Shown piece by piece: positions 34,501-46,572 of a stretch of 64,000 nt of DNA. Position 1 is the first letter of the stretch. Each line of letters begins with the position of its first letter. The position numbers and the translations under genes are program-made. The stretch comes from an uncultured Planctomycetota bacterium (lineage in GTDB: Bacteria > Planctomycetota > Planctomycetia > Isosphaerales > Isosphaeraceae). Location of the stretch: the NCBI GenBank assembly GCA_963845755.1, contig CAWJTV010000011.1, positions 256,001 to 320,000 on the forward strand, read 5' to 3'. The notes under the pieces were generated by a model that worked only from the letters and a program-made list of their open reading frames with translations, searched no databases and was not told the DNA's origin.

Positions 34501-36494
34501 GGCCTGTCGGCCAGCCCATGCTGCATCCGGGCGGGGTGCGGGGGGTGGCGTTCAGCCCGGATGGCAAGACCATCCTCACCGGGAGCTCTTACCAGACGGC
34601 GCGGGTCTGGGACGCCCACACCGGGCGGCCGATCAGCCTGCACTTGGAGCAGGCGGAGCCCATGCCCAGCGTGGCGTTCAGCCCGGATGGCAAGACCATC
34701 CTCACCGGGGGGATCGACAGGACGGCGCGGCTCTGGGACGTCGCCACGGGCAAGCCCATCGGCCCGCCCCTGGTGCATTGGGCCCCGGTGGCGTCGGTGG
34801 CGTTGAGCCCTGACGGCCAGACTGTCCTCACCGGTAGCTCGGACAGGACGGCGCGACTCTGGGACGCCCAGACCGGCCGGCCCATCGGCCAACCCCTGGA
34901 ACATCCGGATATGGTGGGGTCGGTGGCGTTCAGCCCCGACGGCAAGACCATCCTCACCGGCTGTGCGGACCTTGCGGCCCGGTTATGGGATACCGTCACC
35001 GGCCGGCCCATCGGCCGGCCCATGCCGCATGCTTCATCACGACCCAGACGGAATTGCGCGGCATTCAGCCCCGATGGGCGGTTCGTGCTCACGAATGATC
35101 TCAGAACGGTGCGGCTGTGGGATGTCCCGGCGCCGCTGCCCGAGGACCTCCCACGGCTGGCGGCCTGGGTCGAGACTGCCACCGGCCTGCAGCTGGATGA
35201 GCGCGGCTCGATCCACGTGCTCGATCGCGCCGTCTGGCTGGAACGCCGGAGCCGGCTGGAGCAGCTCGGCGGCCCGCCGCCGCCCGATCCGGCCTCGCGG
35301 CTGGACCCGATCCTCTTCGGAGCGGATCCGGCGGCGCGGGGCGACGCCTGGAAGCAGCGGGGCCACTGGGACCGCGCCGAGGAAGCCTACGCCGAGGCGA
35401 TCCGCGCCCGGCCGCTGGAACGATCGGCTTGGGATGCCCTGGCCCGCCTGCACGCCGAGCGCGGCCAGCTCGACCGGGCCGCGGCGACACTCGCCGACGC
35501 CGTCCGGCGGATGCCCGAGGACACGGGCCTCCGCCGTCGATGGGGACTGGCCCTGCTGGAGTCGGGCGATCGGTCCGGCTGGCAGGTGACCGCCGCGCTG
35601 CTGGATCGTTTGGGCAGCACGATCAACCCCCGGACGGCAAGCGATGTGGCCTGGGTCTGCGCCTTGGGGCCCGACGCGACCGGCGATCCCGGCCGGCCTC
35701 TCCGGCTGGCCGAGGCCGCCGTCGAAGGCGCCGAGGAACGCTTCAAGGCCGACGCCTTGAGGACGCTCGGCGCCGCACTGTACCGCGCCGGCCGGTACGA
35801 CGAGGCGATCCGACGGCTCGAGGAAGGCAACCGACTCCCGGGCGGTGAGGGTCTGCCTTCGGCCTGGCCGTTCCTGGCGATGGCCCACCACCGCCTGGGT
35901 CACCGCGATGAGGCACACCGATGGCTCGACCGCCTGCGCGAGCATCAGCCTAGCCTGGATTCCCATGGAGGCAAAAACGGGGTAGGCTACGACGCAATCC
36001 ATAAAACGAAGCAAAATTCGTCGAAGTGGGTTTTCCCCTGGATTTCAAGTGGTTCTGGCTTGAAACGGCTCATCGAAACGCCTCTCTCGATGTTAGGTGA
36101 TCCGTAAACTGAAAAAAGAGCATCCACGGTGTCAACTCAATGCATCCACTGTGGTGAATTCGATAGATTTGTCGCAAGAACCCCTTGTTTTCCAGGAGGA
36201 AGTGAGATTCGATCGACGAACATATCATCCATGGTGATCAAGTTAACATAGTGGGAGACCCACCTTTAACTCTTGGAGGAGCATAACCAGTTCCGAGGCG
36301 AAAAGCTGAGTATCGCGGGCTTTTTTCCAATCATGCGGCAACAAATGTTAGCCCAATCTGCCTCCATGGGAATCCAGGCTAGCAACGACCCGTCGCAATT
36401 CTGGGACGAACTGGAGATCCGTCTGCTGGGCAGCGAGGCTGAGGGCGTAGTCTGTTATGATCCCGCGTTCCCGGACGACCCGTTCGCGCGTTGA
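31595..36494 (+). CDS. Ser/Thr kinase 2 - TM - 14 WD40 blades - TPR; frameshifted, 3' end interrupted by a MITE
   Basis: Paralog of kinase 1 in the same blade register. The original tail [19 protein letters not shown]...DPAFPDDPFAR* is split by the insertion at 35954-36378. Confidence 0.85.
35954..36378. mobile_element. 425-bp non-autonomous element (MITE) with IS1380-like ends
   Basis: Perfect 20-bp TIR CCTGGATTCCCATGGAGGCA, with CTAG duplicated (35950-35953, 36379-36382). Visibly lower GC and no transposase ORF. Confidence 0.88.
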
Positions 36495-36591
36495 CCGGCG
36501 GGCGATGTCGAGTGGGGTTCCCGGCTCCGCCCTCCGCCGGACTGAAGGTCTCCAGAGACGTAGGATCCATCGAAGGACCAGGAGCCGACCC

Positions 36592-39500
36592 ATGAACACC
36601 TCCAGCGACGCAGCGCAACCCCGTCGAGCTCCTGGCCGAGGAGTTCCTCGACCGCAAGCGCCGCGGCGAGCAGCCCACGCTCCGCGAGTACCTCGACGCC
36701 ATCCCGACCTGGCCGACGAGATCCGCGACCTGTTCCCGGCGCTCCTCATGATGGAGGACCTCGGCGAGAGCTCCGGCGCCACCACCGGCTCGCTGGCCGC
36801 CGACGGCGCCGCGGTAGGGGTGCGGCTCCAGCGGCTGGGCGATTACCGCATCCTCCGCGAGATCGGCCGGGGCGGCATGGGCGTGGTCTACGAGGCCGAG
36901 CAGGAGTCGCTGGGCCGACGCGTGGCCTTGAAGGTCCTCTCGGCCGGCTCGCTGCTGGACCCGAAGCAAGTCCGGCGGTTCGAGCGCGAGGCCAAGGCCG
37001 CGGCGCGGCTGCACCACACCAACATCGTGCCGGTCTTCGGCGTGGGCCGGCAGGACGGGCACCATTATTTCGTGATGCAGTTCATCGCGGGCGTGGGGCT
37101 CGACGTGGTCCTGGACGACCTGCGGCGGCTCACGGGCGAAGTCCGAGGCGAGTCCGGCCGCGATGCCCGCGCCGGCGGCGAGCCGGATCGCCGGCCTGAC
37201 GGCCGCCGAGGTGGCCCGGTCGCTGATCGCCGGCCGGTTCGACGGCCGATGGGCCGCCGCTGGACGGGTCCGTGACCGAGCCTTCGAGGACGCCGACCCC
37301 GCCCAACCACCGCCGCCAACGGCCCCCCGGCCGACTCCTCCCCGGCGATCCTGCCCGGCTCCTCCGAGCTGTCGGCGTCGTCGGATCCCGACCGCCAGTT
37401 CTACCGCTCGATCGCCCGCATCGGCATCCAGGTCGCCGAGGCCCTAGAGTACGCCAACCGCCAGGGCATCCTCCACCGCGACGTCAAGCCCTCCAACCTC
37501 CTGCTGGACAACCACGGCAACGTCTGGGTGGCCGACTTCGGTCTGGCCAAGACCGCCGAGGCCGACGACCTGACGCATACCGGCGACATCCTGGGCACCA
37601 TCCGCTACATGGCCCCCGAGCGGTTCTCGGGCCATTGCGACGCGCGGTCTGACGTCTACAGCCTGGGCTTGACGCTCTACGAGCTGGTGGCGTTGCGGCC
37701 GGCGTATCGAGGCATCCGACCGCCATACGCTCATGGACCGCGTGCTGCACGAGGAGCCGGAGCGGTTGAAGAGGCTGGCTCCGGGGGTGCCGCGGGACCT
37801 GGAGACGATCATCGCCAAGGCGACGGCGCGGGACCCGGCGGCGCGGTACGCGACGGCGGCGGCACTGGCGGAGGACCTGCGGCGGTTCGTGGAGGACCGT
37901 CCGATCCGGGCGCGGCGGGTGTCGCTGGCGGAGCGGGCGTGGCGGTGGTCGCGGCGGAACAAGGCTCTGGCGGGACTGATGGCGGTCGTGGCCGCTTTGT
38001 TGATCGTCGTAGCCGTTGGCTCGATGCTTTCCGCTCTTCAATTCCGGGGGATGAATCGGAACCTAGAGGGAATGAACCGGACCTTGGAATCGAACCTCTA
38101 CTTCAGCAATGTCGCCCTGTGGCACCCCAGGAGTGCATCGCGGACAACCCGGGGCCTCAGCCGAGCCATTGCTCTACGGCTGCCCGACCCACCTGCGCGG
38201 TTGGGAGTGGCATTACTTGAAGCGCCAGAGTTCTACAGCCCTGCTGACAATCCCCGCGCACGACTCACATACCTTCAGCGTGGCGTACAGTCCGGACGGT
38301 AAGACACTGGCCACCGCGAGCGAGGACGGGACCGTCCGGACCTTCGACGCGGCGAGCGGCCGTCGGCTCCGCACGCTCCTTGCTCACTATCCGAACATCT
38401 GCTGGCGGGCGACTTATACCGCCGATGGGACAATGCTCGTCTCGGCCGGCCGCGACAAGACCGTAAAGATCTGGGATCCAGCGACCGGCGACTTGATTCG
38501 TGTTCTCGGCGGGCACCTGGATACGGTCTGGAGCGGCGAATTCAGTGCCGACGGCAGTCTCCTGACCTCGTCCACTCCCGGGCTCGTTCGAGTGTGGGAT
38601 ACGAAAACGTGGAGCGAGATCCGCAAGCTACCGGGCGGATGGTTCACGAGGTTCAGTCCCGATGGCTCTATGCTCGCATCGTCGGGCCTCGGCCCGGCTC
38701 GAGTTTGGATGACATCCAGCTTGCGCGACGAAGTGGACCCCCATCCGCGGACCTTCGGTGCAAAGGAGGACAACTCGCGGGTCGCCTTCAGCCCGGATAG
38801 TCGATCGATCGCCTTCGGTGCCAGGGACAACTCCGTGATGATCGTGGACCTGAAGAGCGGCCTGCCTGCCTTCAAGCCTCTGGTCGGACACACGAACTAC
38901 GTCTGGGAGCTGTGTTACAGCCACGACGGTTCCTATCTCGCATCGACCAGCGCCACCGGACCGTGAAGGTCTGGGATGCGAAGACGGGTCGCTTGCTCCA
39001 TACGTATCTGGGACATACGAATCGCACCACCGGTCTGTCTTTCGCCCCCGACTCGCGCCGGCTAGCCTCAGCCAGCGTGGACGGAACCGTGAAGATCTGG
39101 GACCTGGCCGATCTGCGAGAACCGGCGGTCCAGGCTGCGCGCACTCTCCCCCGCCACCCCGGCTCCGCACTCAGCGTGACGCATCGCCCATCCGGCCGAT
39201 TCTTCGCCACCGCCCACGGGTTCGATATCAATCACACCGCCACAGTGGGTCGGCGACAAGAACCGCCCCGGATTGAGTCGGTGACAATCTGGGATGCGAA
39301 GTCCAACAATGAGGTCCACACCCTCACCGTCCCTGATCCCGCGGCGGGTGCCTGCCACGATGTCGCCTTCGACAAGGACTTCGGGCGTATCGCGTGGGCC
39401 AGGGGCAACGGGACGATTGAGATCCGGGACGCGGCGACCGGCCGGCTGATCCACGTCCTGACGGGCCACAATGAGTGTGCCTGGCGGGTGGCCTTCAGCC

Positions 39501-40093
39501 CCGATGGGCGGTTGCTAGCCTCGGCGGGCCGCGACGCGACCGTGCGGGTCTGGGACACGGCGACCGGGCGACCCTTGTATACTCTGCCCGGAGTTAGCGA
39601 CCTGATCGTGGGTCTTGGGTTCAGTCCCGACGGCCGGCGGCTCGCCCTGGCGGGAGCGGACTTCGATCTGCTCAAACCCTCTCAATTGCGGGTCTGGGAT
39701 GTGGCGACCGGCCGGCCGCTCGGCGTACTCGGCGAGTCCTTCGACTACGCCACCATGGCGTTCCACTCCGGCGAGCCACGGCTCGCCCGATCGGTCGGCG
39801 CGGAAATCTTCGTTCTGGACGTGATGACCGGCGGAGAGTTACTCCGCCTTCGTGGGCATACCGAAGCCATCACAAGCATGGCCTACAGCCCCGACGGCCG
39901 CCGTCTCGCCTCAGTCGCGCATGACGGGACCGTCAAGCTCTGGGACTCGGCGACTGGCCGGGAAATCCTCACATTGCTCCACGGCCGCAGCGAATTGATG
40001 ACGGGCGTGAGCTTCAGCCCCGACGGCCGGCAGATCGTCACGACCAGCGAGAGCGGGACCATCAAGGTCTGGGATGCGACACCGTTACCGTGA
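36592..40093 (+). CDS. Ser/Thr kinase 3 - TM - divergent WD40 domain (no TPR); frameshifted
   Basis: Kinase region nearly identical to kinases 1 and 2, then LRGWEWHYL and heterogeneous GH...WD repeats ending IKVWDATPLP*. Confidence 0.87.
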
Positions 40094-40168
40094 GCATCAA
40101 GAGCGGCGAAGACCAACGACGGCCGAGCGAATGGAGTGACAGGGTCCGCAACCGGGGAGCACAAAGCG

Positions 40169-43100
40169 ATGGCTACCTCCAGCGATGAGCGCAACCCCGT
40201 CGAGCTGTTAGCCGAGGAGTTCCTCGACCGCAAGCGCCGCGGCGAGCAGCCGACGTTGCGCGAATACCTCGGCCGCCATCCCGACCTGGCCGATGAGATC
40301 CGCGACCTGTTCCCGGCCCTGCTCATGATGGAGGACCTGGGTGAGAGTTCCGGCGATACCTCGGGGTCGTTGGCCGCCGATCACGGCGCGGCGGTGGGTT
40401 TCCGCCTGCGGCGGGTGGGCGACTACCGAATCTTGCGCGAGATTGGCCGAGGGGGCATGGGCGTCGTTTATGAGGCGGAGCAGGAGTCGCTGGGCCGCCG
40501 CGTCGCCTTGAAGGTCCTCTCGGCCGGCTCGCTGCCCGACCCCAAGCATCTGCGGCGGTTCGAGCGCGAGGCCAGGGCCGCGGCGCGGCTGCACCACACC
40601 AACATCGTCCCGGTCTTCGGCGTCGGCCAGCAGGACGGCAACCATTACCTCGTGATGCAGTTCATCGCGGGCATGGGGCTCGACCTGGTTCTCGAGGACC
40701 TGCGTCAGCTCCGGCGGGCGAAGGCCGACGCGGGCCAGGCCTCGGGGTCCGCGCCGCCGGTGTACGACCCGGCCGGGCCGACGGCCGACGTGATCGCTCG
40801 CTCGCTGATGACCGGCCGGTTCGCCGCGGCCAGCACGGTCACCGTGCGCCTCGGAGAGTCGCCCCCGGACGTCTCTCTGCTGCTCCCCAGAGACGGGCCC
40901 GGGGCCGACGCCGGCTCCCGTCCGGCGCCCTGACCGGCGCCTCCGACCTTTCGGCCCTGGCTGACTCTGACCGGCGGTACTATCAGAGCGTGGCCCGGAT
41001 CGGCGTGCAGGTCGCCGAGGCCCTCGAGTATGCCAACCGCCAGGGCGTCCTCCATCGCGACGTCAAGCCGTCGAATCTCCTGCTGGATAGCCGCGGCAAC
41101 GTCTGGGTCGCCGACTTCGGGCTGGCCAAGACGGCTGAGGCCGATGACCTGACTCACACAGGCGACATCCTGGGCACCATCCGCTATATGGCCCCCGAGC
41201 GGTTCTCGGGCCATTGCGACGCGCGGTCGGATGTATACAGCCTGGGCCTGACACTCTATGAGCTGGTGGCACTGCGGCCGGCGTTCCAGGCGACCGACCG
41301 GCACGCGCTGATCGACCGGGTGCGGCACGGCGAGCCGGATCGGCTCAAGAAGGTGGTGCCGGGCGTGCCGCGGGACCTGGAGACGATCATCGCCAAGGCG
41401 ATCGCCCGCGACCCGTCGGCACGGTATGCGACCGCCGGCGCGCTCGCGGAGGACTTGCAGCGGTTCGTGGAGGACCGGCCGATCCGGGCGCGGCGGGTGT
41501 CGGCGTCCGAGCGGCTGGTCCGATGGTGTCGGCGCAACCCCTGGATCGCCGGGTCAATCGGCGTGGCGGCGTCCGCGACGGTCGGCTTGTTCGTGCTGGC
41601 GCTGGTGTACGCCGCGGATCGAGATCGTTTCGCCAAGCAACAGACCATTCGCGTCGCCGAGCAGACGAAGGCGACCAACGAGATCACGCGGTTAGCCGGC
41701 GCCCTCGAGCGGCGCGGCAAGGCCCTCGAGTCGTCCCTGGCCGAGTCGACCCGCCGACTGGCGATGCTCGACTTCGAGCACGGGCGAATCGCCTGCGAGC
41801 AGGGGCAGATCGGACCTGGGTTGGTCTGGATGATCGAGAGCCTGCGCACCGCCACCGACGCGGGCGATCCGGCCTGGAGGCATGCCGCCCTGGCCAGCCT
41901 CTCCGATTGGCGGCGATACCACACCGACCTGAAGGGCATCTTCACTCATCAGGGCGCCGTCGCCGCCGTCGCGATGAGCCCTGACGGCGCGATGGTCCTC
42001 ACCGGGAGCTACGACAAGACGGCGCAGCTCTGGAATGCCGCGACCGGCCAACCCATCGGAAGGCCGCTCTCGCACGAGAGGCGGATCGTGGCCGTGGCCT
42101 TCAGCCCGGACGGCAAGACCGTCGCCACCGGGAGCTACGACAAGACGGCGCGGCTCTGGGACGCCAGCACCGGCCAGCCCATCGGAGAGCCGCTCCCGCA
42201 TCACGCCGAGGTCCTGGCCCTGGCCTTCAGCCCCGATGGCAAGGCCATCCTCAGCGGCTGCTGGGATCAGACGGCGCGGCTCTGGGACGTCGACACCGGC
42301 CAACCCACCGGAAAGCCGCTCTCACATCAGAGCGGGGTCGCCGCCGTGGCGTTCAGCCCCGACGGCAAATCCATCGTCACCGGCTGTCAAGACCGGACGG
42401 CGCGGCTCTGGGACGCCGGCACCGGTCAGCCTGTCGCCAAGCCCATGGAGCATCCTGACGCGGTCGTGGCCGTGGCCTTCAGCCCCGATGGCAAGACGAT
42501 CCTCACCGGCTGCCGTGACGGCAAGGCGCGGCTCTGGGACGCCGACACCGGACGACTGTTCGGCCAACCCATGGAGCATTCGGGCTGGGTCCTCAGCGTG
42601 GCGTTCAGCCCGGATGGCAAGACCGCCGTCACCGGGAGCTCGGACCGGACGGCGCGGCTCTGGGACGCCGACACGGGACGACCCATCGGCCATCCCCTGC
42701 CGCAATCGGGCGAGGTCGTGGTCGTGGAGTTCAGCCCGGATGGCAAGACCGTCATCACCGTGGATCAGGTGGGGATGACACGGTTGTGGGACCCCGCCAC
42801 GGGCCGCCCCGTCGGATCGTCCTCCGCGGGTTCGGAGGAGGCCGCTACCGTGACGCTCAGTCCCGACCATAGGACCCTCCTCATCGTCAGCGAGGACGGA
42901 ACGTTACGGCGCTGGGACGCCGCTACGGGCCGACCCGTCGGATCGCCCCTACCTTACCACGGTGTGGTCATGGATGTGGCGTTAAGCTTCGACGGCAAAC
43001 GGATACTCACCGGAGGCTATGACAAGACGGCGCGGCTGTGGGACGCTGCTACTGGCCGACCCCTCGGCCCGCAACTCCGGCATTCTGCCGCGGTCGAATC

Positions 43101-44227
43101 GGTGGCCTTCAGCCCCGATGACAAGACGATCCTCACCGGCAGCCAGGATGGTACGGCGCGGTTGTGGGACGCCGCGACCGGCCAGCCGATCGCCAGGCCC
43201 CTGGAGCATCGCGACATGGTCGTTAGCGTGGCGTTCAGCCCCGACGGCCAGACCATCCTCACCTCTGACAAGAGCATCCTCGCCAGCAACCCGAGAGGGA
43301 CGGTACGACTGTGGGAAACCCCGAAGCCAGTCCCCGACGATCTCCCGCGCCTCACCGCCTGGGTGACCACTTCCACCGGCCTGGAGTTGGATGAGCAAGG
43401 GGCGATCCGGGTCCTCGACGGTGACACCTGGTGGCGGCGCCGCGTCCAACTTCGTGAACTGGGCGGCCCGCCCGCAGCCGGTCCCGCGCAGTCGCTCGAC
43501 CCGATCCTCCTCGGTCTCGACCCGACGGCCCGGGCCCGCGCCTGGAATCCAGCGCAACCGCTGGGCGGAGGCCGAAGCCGCCCTCGACGAGGCCGTTGCC
43601 GCGCGACCACTGAACCGCGACGTTCGGACCGAGCGCGGTCGGTTCTACCTGGCCCGTGCACAGCCGGAAAAGGCCGCCTCCAACTTCGCCGAGGCTGTCT
43701 TGCTCGATCCGGCCGACCTCGCCGCCCGACATGACCTGATCCTGGCGCTGTTGGCCGCCGGCGATCGCGACGGAGTGCGGCGGGCAGCCGCCGACCTGCT
43801 CGACCGGTTCGGCACGACGGCCGATCCAGACGAGGCCAACAAGGTTGCCTGGTCCTACGTCCTGGCGCCCGACCCGGTCGCCGACTGTGAGGCCCTGGTG
43901 CGACTGGCCGAGAACACCTTGAAGACTCACGGTGCGGCCTTGTACCGGGCCGGTCGGTACGACGAGGCGATCCGACGGCTCGAGGAAGGCTTTCCGCTTC
44001 GGAACGGCACGAACGTGCCACAGGGCTGGGCGTTCCTCGCCATGGCTCATTGCCGGCTCGGTCACCAGACCGAGGCCCACCGCTGGCTCGACCGGCTGAA
44101 ACAGCATCAGCCCAGCACGGACCCGGCTCAATTCTGGAACGAGCTGGAGGTCCGCCTGCTGCGGAGCGAGGCCGAGGCTGTGGTCCTTCATGATCCCGCG
44201 TTCCCGAGCGATCCGTTCGCATCATGA
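40169..44227 (+). CDS. Ser/Thr kinase 4 - TM - 11 WD40 blades - TPR; frameshifts near 40900 and 43545
   Basis: Same N-terminal [19 protein letters not shown] motif, complete kinase motifs, 42-aa blades, and ends DPAFPSDPFAS*. Confidence 0.9.
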
Positions 44228-44288
44228 GCGGAAGGAATGAGTCCGATGGGGCATTCGATCCCATCCGGCCGAGGACCACGGCTCGGGG

Positions 44289-44726
44289 TCATTCGATCTC
44301 ATAGATCGCGCCGCTGGGGTCACGGGGCACCACGCGCTGGTTCTGGCAATCCACGAGCAGATCGAGGGCTTCGAGGACGATCGCGCCGATCAGGGCCGTG
44401 TCACGGTTTGGTTCGCTGATGGCCGAGAAAGTGTTATCGCGTCCCAGGAGTTTGAGGAAGACGCCCTTGGCCTCGCGGCGCTGGGCCTTGCGACCGTCGG
44501 CGTGGCGGACCTTGACCGGATTGCCCAGCGGCAGGCCCAGCCGCTTGACCACGGCCTGTGGCAACACCAGCATTGCCGCGCCGGAATCGACCACGCCCTT
44601 GATCGTCTCACGACGAACCTGGTCCGGCGGCAAGGTGCCGTCTTCAGCCCGAATCAAGTCGGCATAGTTGGCAACCTCGAACTCCACGCTGAATCGTCCC
44701 ACGCCGTTAGCTCCTCTGGCTCGCAT
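44289..44726 (-). CDS. Clan AA (retropepsin-like) aspartic protease
   Basis: GVVDSGAAMLVLP and LIGAIVLEALDLLVD motifs; AAGGGAG RBS. Confidence 0.87.
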   Translation of the reverse strand: MRARGANGVGRFSVEFEVANYADLIRAEDGTLPPDQVRRETIKGVVDSGAAMLVLPQAVVKRLGLPLGNPVKVRHADGRKAQRREAKGVFLKLLGRDNTFSAISEPNRDTALIGAIVLEALDLLVDCQNQRVVPRDPSGAIYEIE

Positions 44727-44901
44727 GGTCTTGCTCCCTTCGTTAGCACACAGCGTTCGCGCCCCGAGCGATTATACCAAGAAGCCGGGTTAGCCATCGG
44801 TTCATTGCATCGTGGCGGCTGATCCGATCTCGACGGTGGCGGCAGGCCCTTCGTCGTGCTCTAATGCCCAGAAATGCATCGCCGGGAAACCCTGACCCCA
44901 G

Positions 44902-46572
44902 ATGATGAGCGAATCGGGGAATTGCATCATGCCGCTCCAGACCATGACGAGTGCCCAGGCCCTGGCGTACGGGGCCCTGGTCTCCGGGGTGAAGGTCATC
45001 ACGAGCTACCCGGGCTCGCCCAGCTCCGAGACCGTCGAAGTGCTGACCACGCTGGCCGAAGGCCACGGTCTGCACGTCGAATGGTCGAGCAACGAGAAGG
45101 TGGCGATGGAGATCGGCATCGGCGTCTCGATCGCCGGCCGGCGAGCCCTGGTCGGCACCAAGAGCGTGGGGATGAACGTCATGATCGACCCGCTCATGGC
45201 GCTCAACCTGACGCCCCTGCATGGCGGGCTCGTCATCCTGCTGGGCGACGACCCCGGCGGATACGGCTCGCAGAACGACCAGGACTCCCGATCGCTGGCC
45301 CCGATGCTCGAGATGCCCTGGCTCGAGCCGGCGACGCCCGCCGAAGCCTTCGCCATGATGCAGGCGGCGTTCGCGCTCTCCGAGGAGCATCACACCGCGG
45401 TGGTCGTGCGGCTCACCCGGAGCTTCATCCAGCAGGCCGAGGCGATCGATATCCCCGACGGGCCTTATCCGCAGCCCGACCTGGGCCTGGTCCGCGAGAC
45501 CTGGCGGTTCGTGCCCGTCCCCCGCAACGTTGTGGAGAAGCACCGCGCCTTGCATAAACGCCTGGAATTCATGGAGCAGTGGGCCGGCGAGGCGCCGTTC
45601 AATCGGATTGAAGGGGACGGGGAGCGGGGGATCATCGCGGCCGGGTTTGCTTATCGGAAGCTGTGCGATGTGCTCGGTGACGAGCCGGTCGGTGCTCACA
45701 GAGCACCCTACAACCGAGATGGTGTGCGAATCCTCAAGCTGGGTGCGTGGTTTCCACTGCCGAGGGATCTCGTTTCTCGGTTTCTATCCGGCTGCCGCGA
45801 GGTGCTGATCCTCGAAGAGAACGAGCCGTTCCTCGAAACCCAGATCAAGGCGATCGCTCATGATTGCGGGTCTCGCGCTCGGATCCTCGGCAAGGCCACG
45901 GGCCACACCCGGCGCGAGGGGGAGCTATTCCGCTGGCAGATTCAACGGGCGCTGGACCGATTTCTGCCGGGGTTCGTCCCGGGGCGGGCCTATCTTGAGG
46001 AGCATGAATCATCCGAGCGTCCGCCGCGCGAGAACTATTGTGCGGGCTGCCGGTTCGGATTGATCGTGGATGCGCTGAAAGCGGCGGCTGCGCATCTCGG
46101 TCAGGACCCGGTGCTTGCCGGCGACCCGGGGTGTCTGGCACCGATCGGCGACCGGATGGATGCCAAGTTGGCGATGGGCTCGGCCGTCGGCATGGCCGAG
46201 GGTTGGAATCGGGCCGGGATCCGTGAGCGCGCGGTTGCGCTGTTCGGAGACTCCTCGTTCTTCCACGCCACGATGCCAGCCATCGCGAACGCGGTGCATC
46301 ACGGCAGCGATATCCTGATGGTGGTGCTGGACAACGGCTCAACGGTCACCACGGGGTTCCAGACGAATCCCGGCGTCCCGCGCAATGCGCTGGGCCGGCC
46401 GGCGCGGGCGCTGGACATCGCGCGGATCGCACGGGCCATCGGGGTCGAGTTCGTCCGCGACGTCGGGCCGGATGACCTCGAGCTGCGGCTTCCCGAAGTC
46501 TTCCACGAGGGACTGTCTCACCGCGGACTGGCGCTGATCGTGGTGCGCACGCCGTGCGATGCGGTGGAGTAG
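44902..46572 (+). CDS. iorA: Indolepyruvate:ferredoxin oxidoreductase alpha subunit-like (TPP enzyme)
   Basis: SYPGSPSSE, EWSSNEKVAME, KSVGMNV, GDDPG...SQNDQD, CAGC, GDPGC, GDSSFFH and LDNG..TTG.Q.NP. Confidence 0.85.
   Translation: MMSESGNCIMPLQTMTSAQALAYGALVSGVKVITSYPGSPSSETVEVLTTLAEGHGLHVEWSSNEKVAMEIGIGVSIAGRRALVGTKSVGMNVMIDPLMALNLTPLHGGLVILLGDDPGGYGSQNDQDSRSLAPMLEMPWLEPATPAEAFAMMQAAFALSEEHHTAVVVRLTRSFIQQAEAIDIPDGPYPQPDLGLVRETWRFVPVPRNVVEKHRALHKRLEFMEQWAGEAPFNRIEGDGERGIIAAGFAYRKLCDVLGDEPVGAHRAPYNRDGVRILKLGAWFPLPRDLVSRFLSGCREVLILEENEPFLETQIKAIAHDCGSRARILGKATGHTRREGELFRWQIQRALDRFLPGFVPGRAYLEEHESSERPPRENYCAGCRFGLIVDALKAAAAHLGQDPVLAGDPGCLAPIGDRMDAKLAMGSAVGMAEGWNRAGIRERAVALFGDSSFFHATMPAIANAVHHGSDILMVVLDNGSTVTTGFQTNPGVPRNALGRPARALDIARIARAIGVEFVRDVGPDDLELRLPEVFHEGLSHRGLALIVVRTPCDAVE

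Noticed and set aside
28400..43320. Regularly spaced near-identical repeats as a CRISPR array
   Set aside because: The period is 126 bp (42 codons) and the units translate as WD40 blades. There are no unique spacers and no cas genes.
25867..44227. Diversity-generating retroelement acting on the kinases
   Set aside because: No reverse transcriptase and no adenine-specific TR/VR pair was seen in the window. The variable codons end in G/T and include TAG. A trans-acting element elsewhere cannot be excluded.
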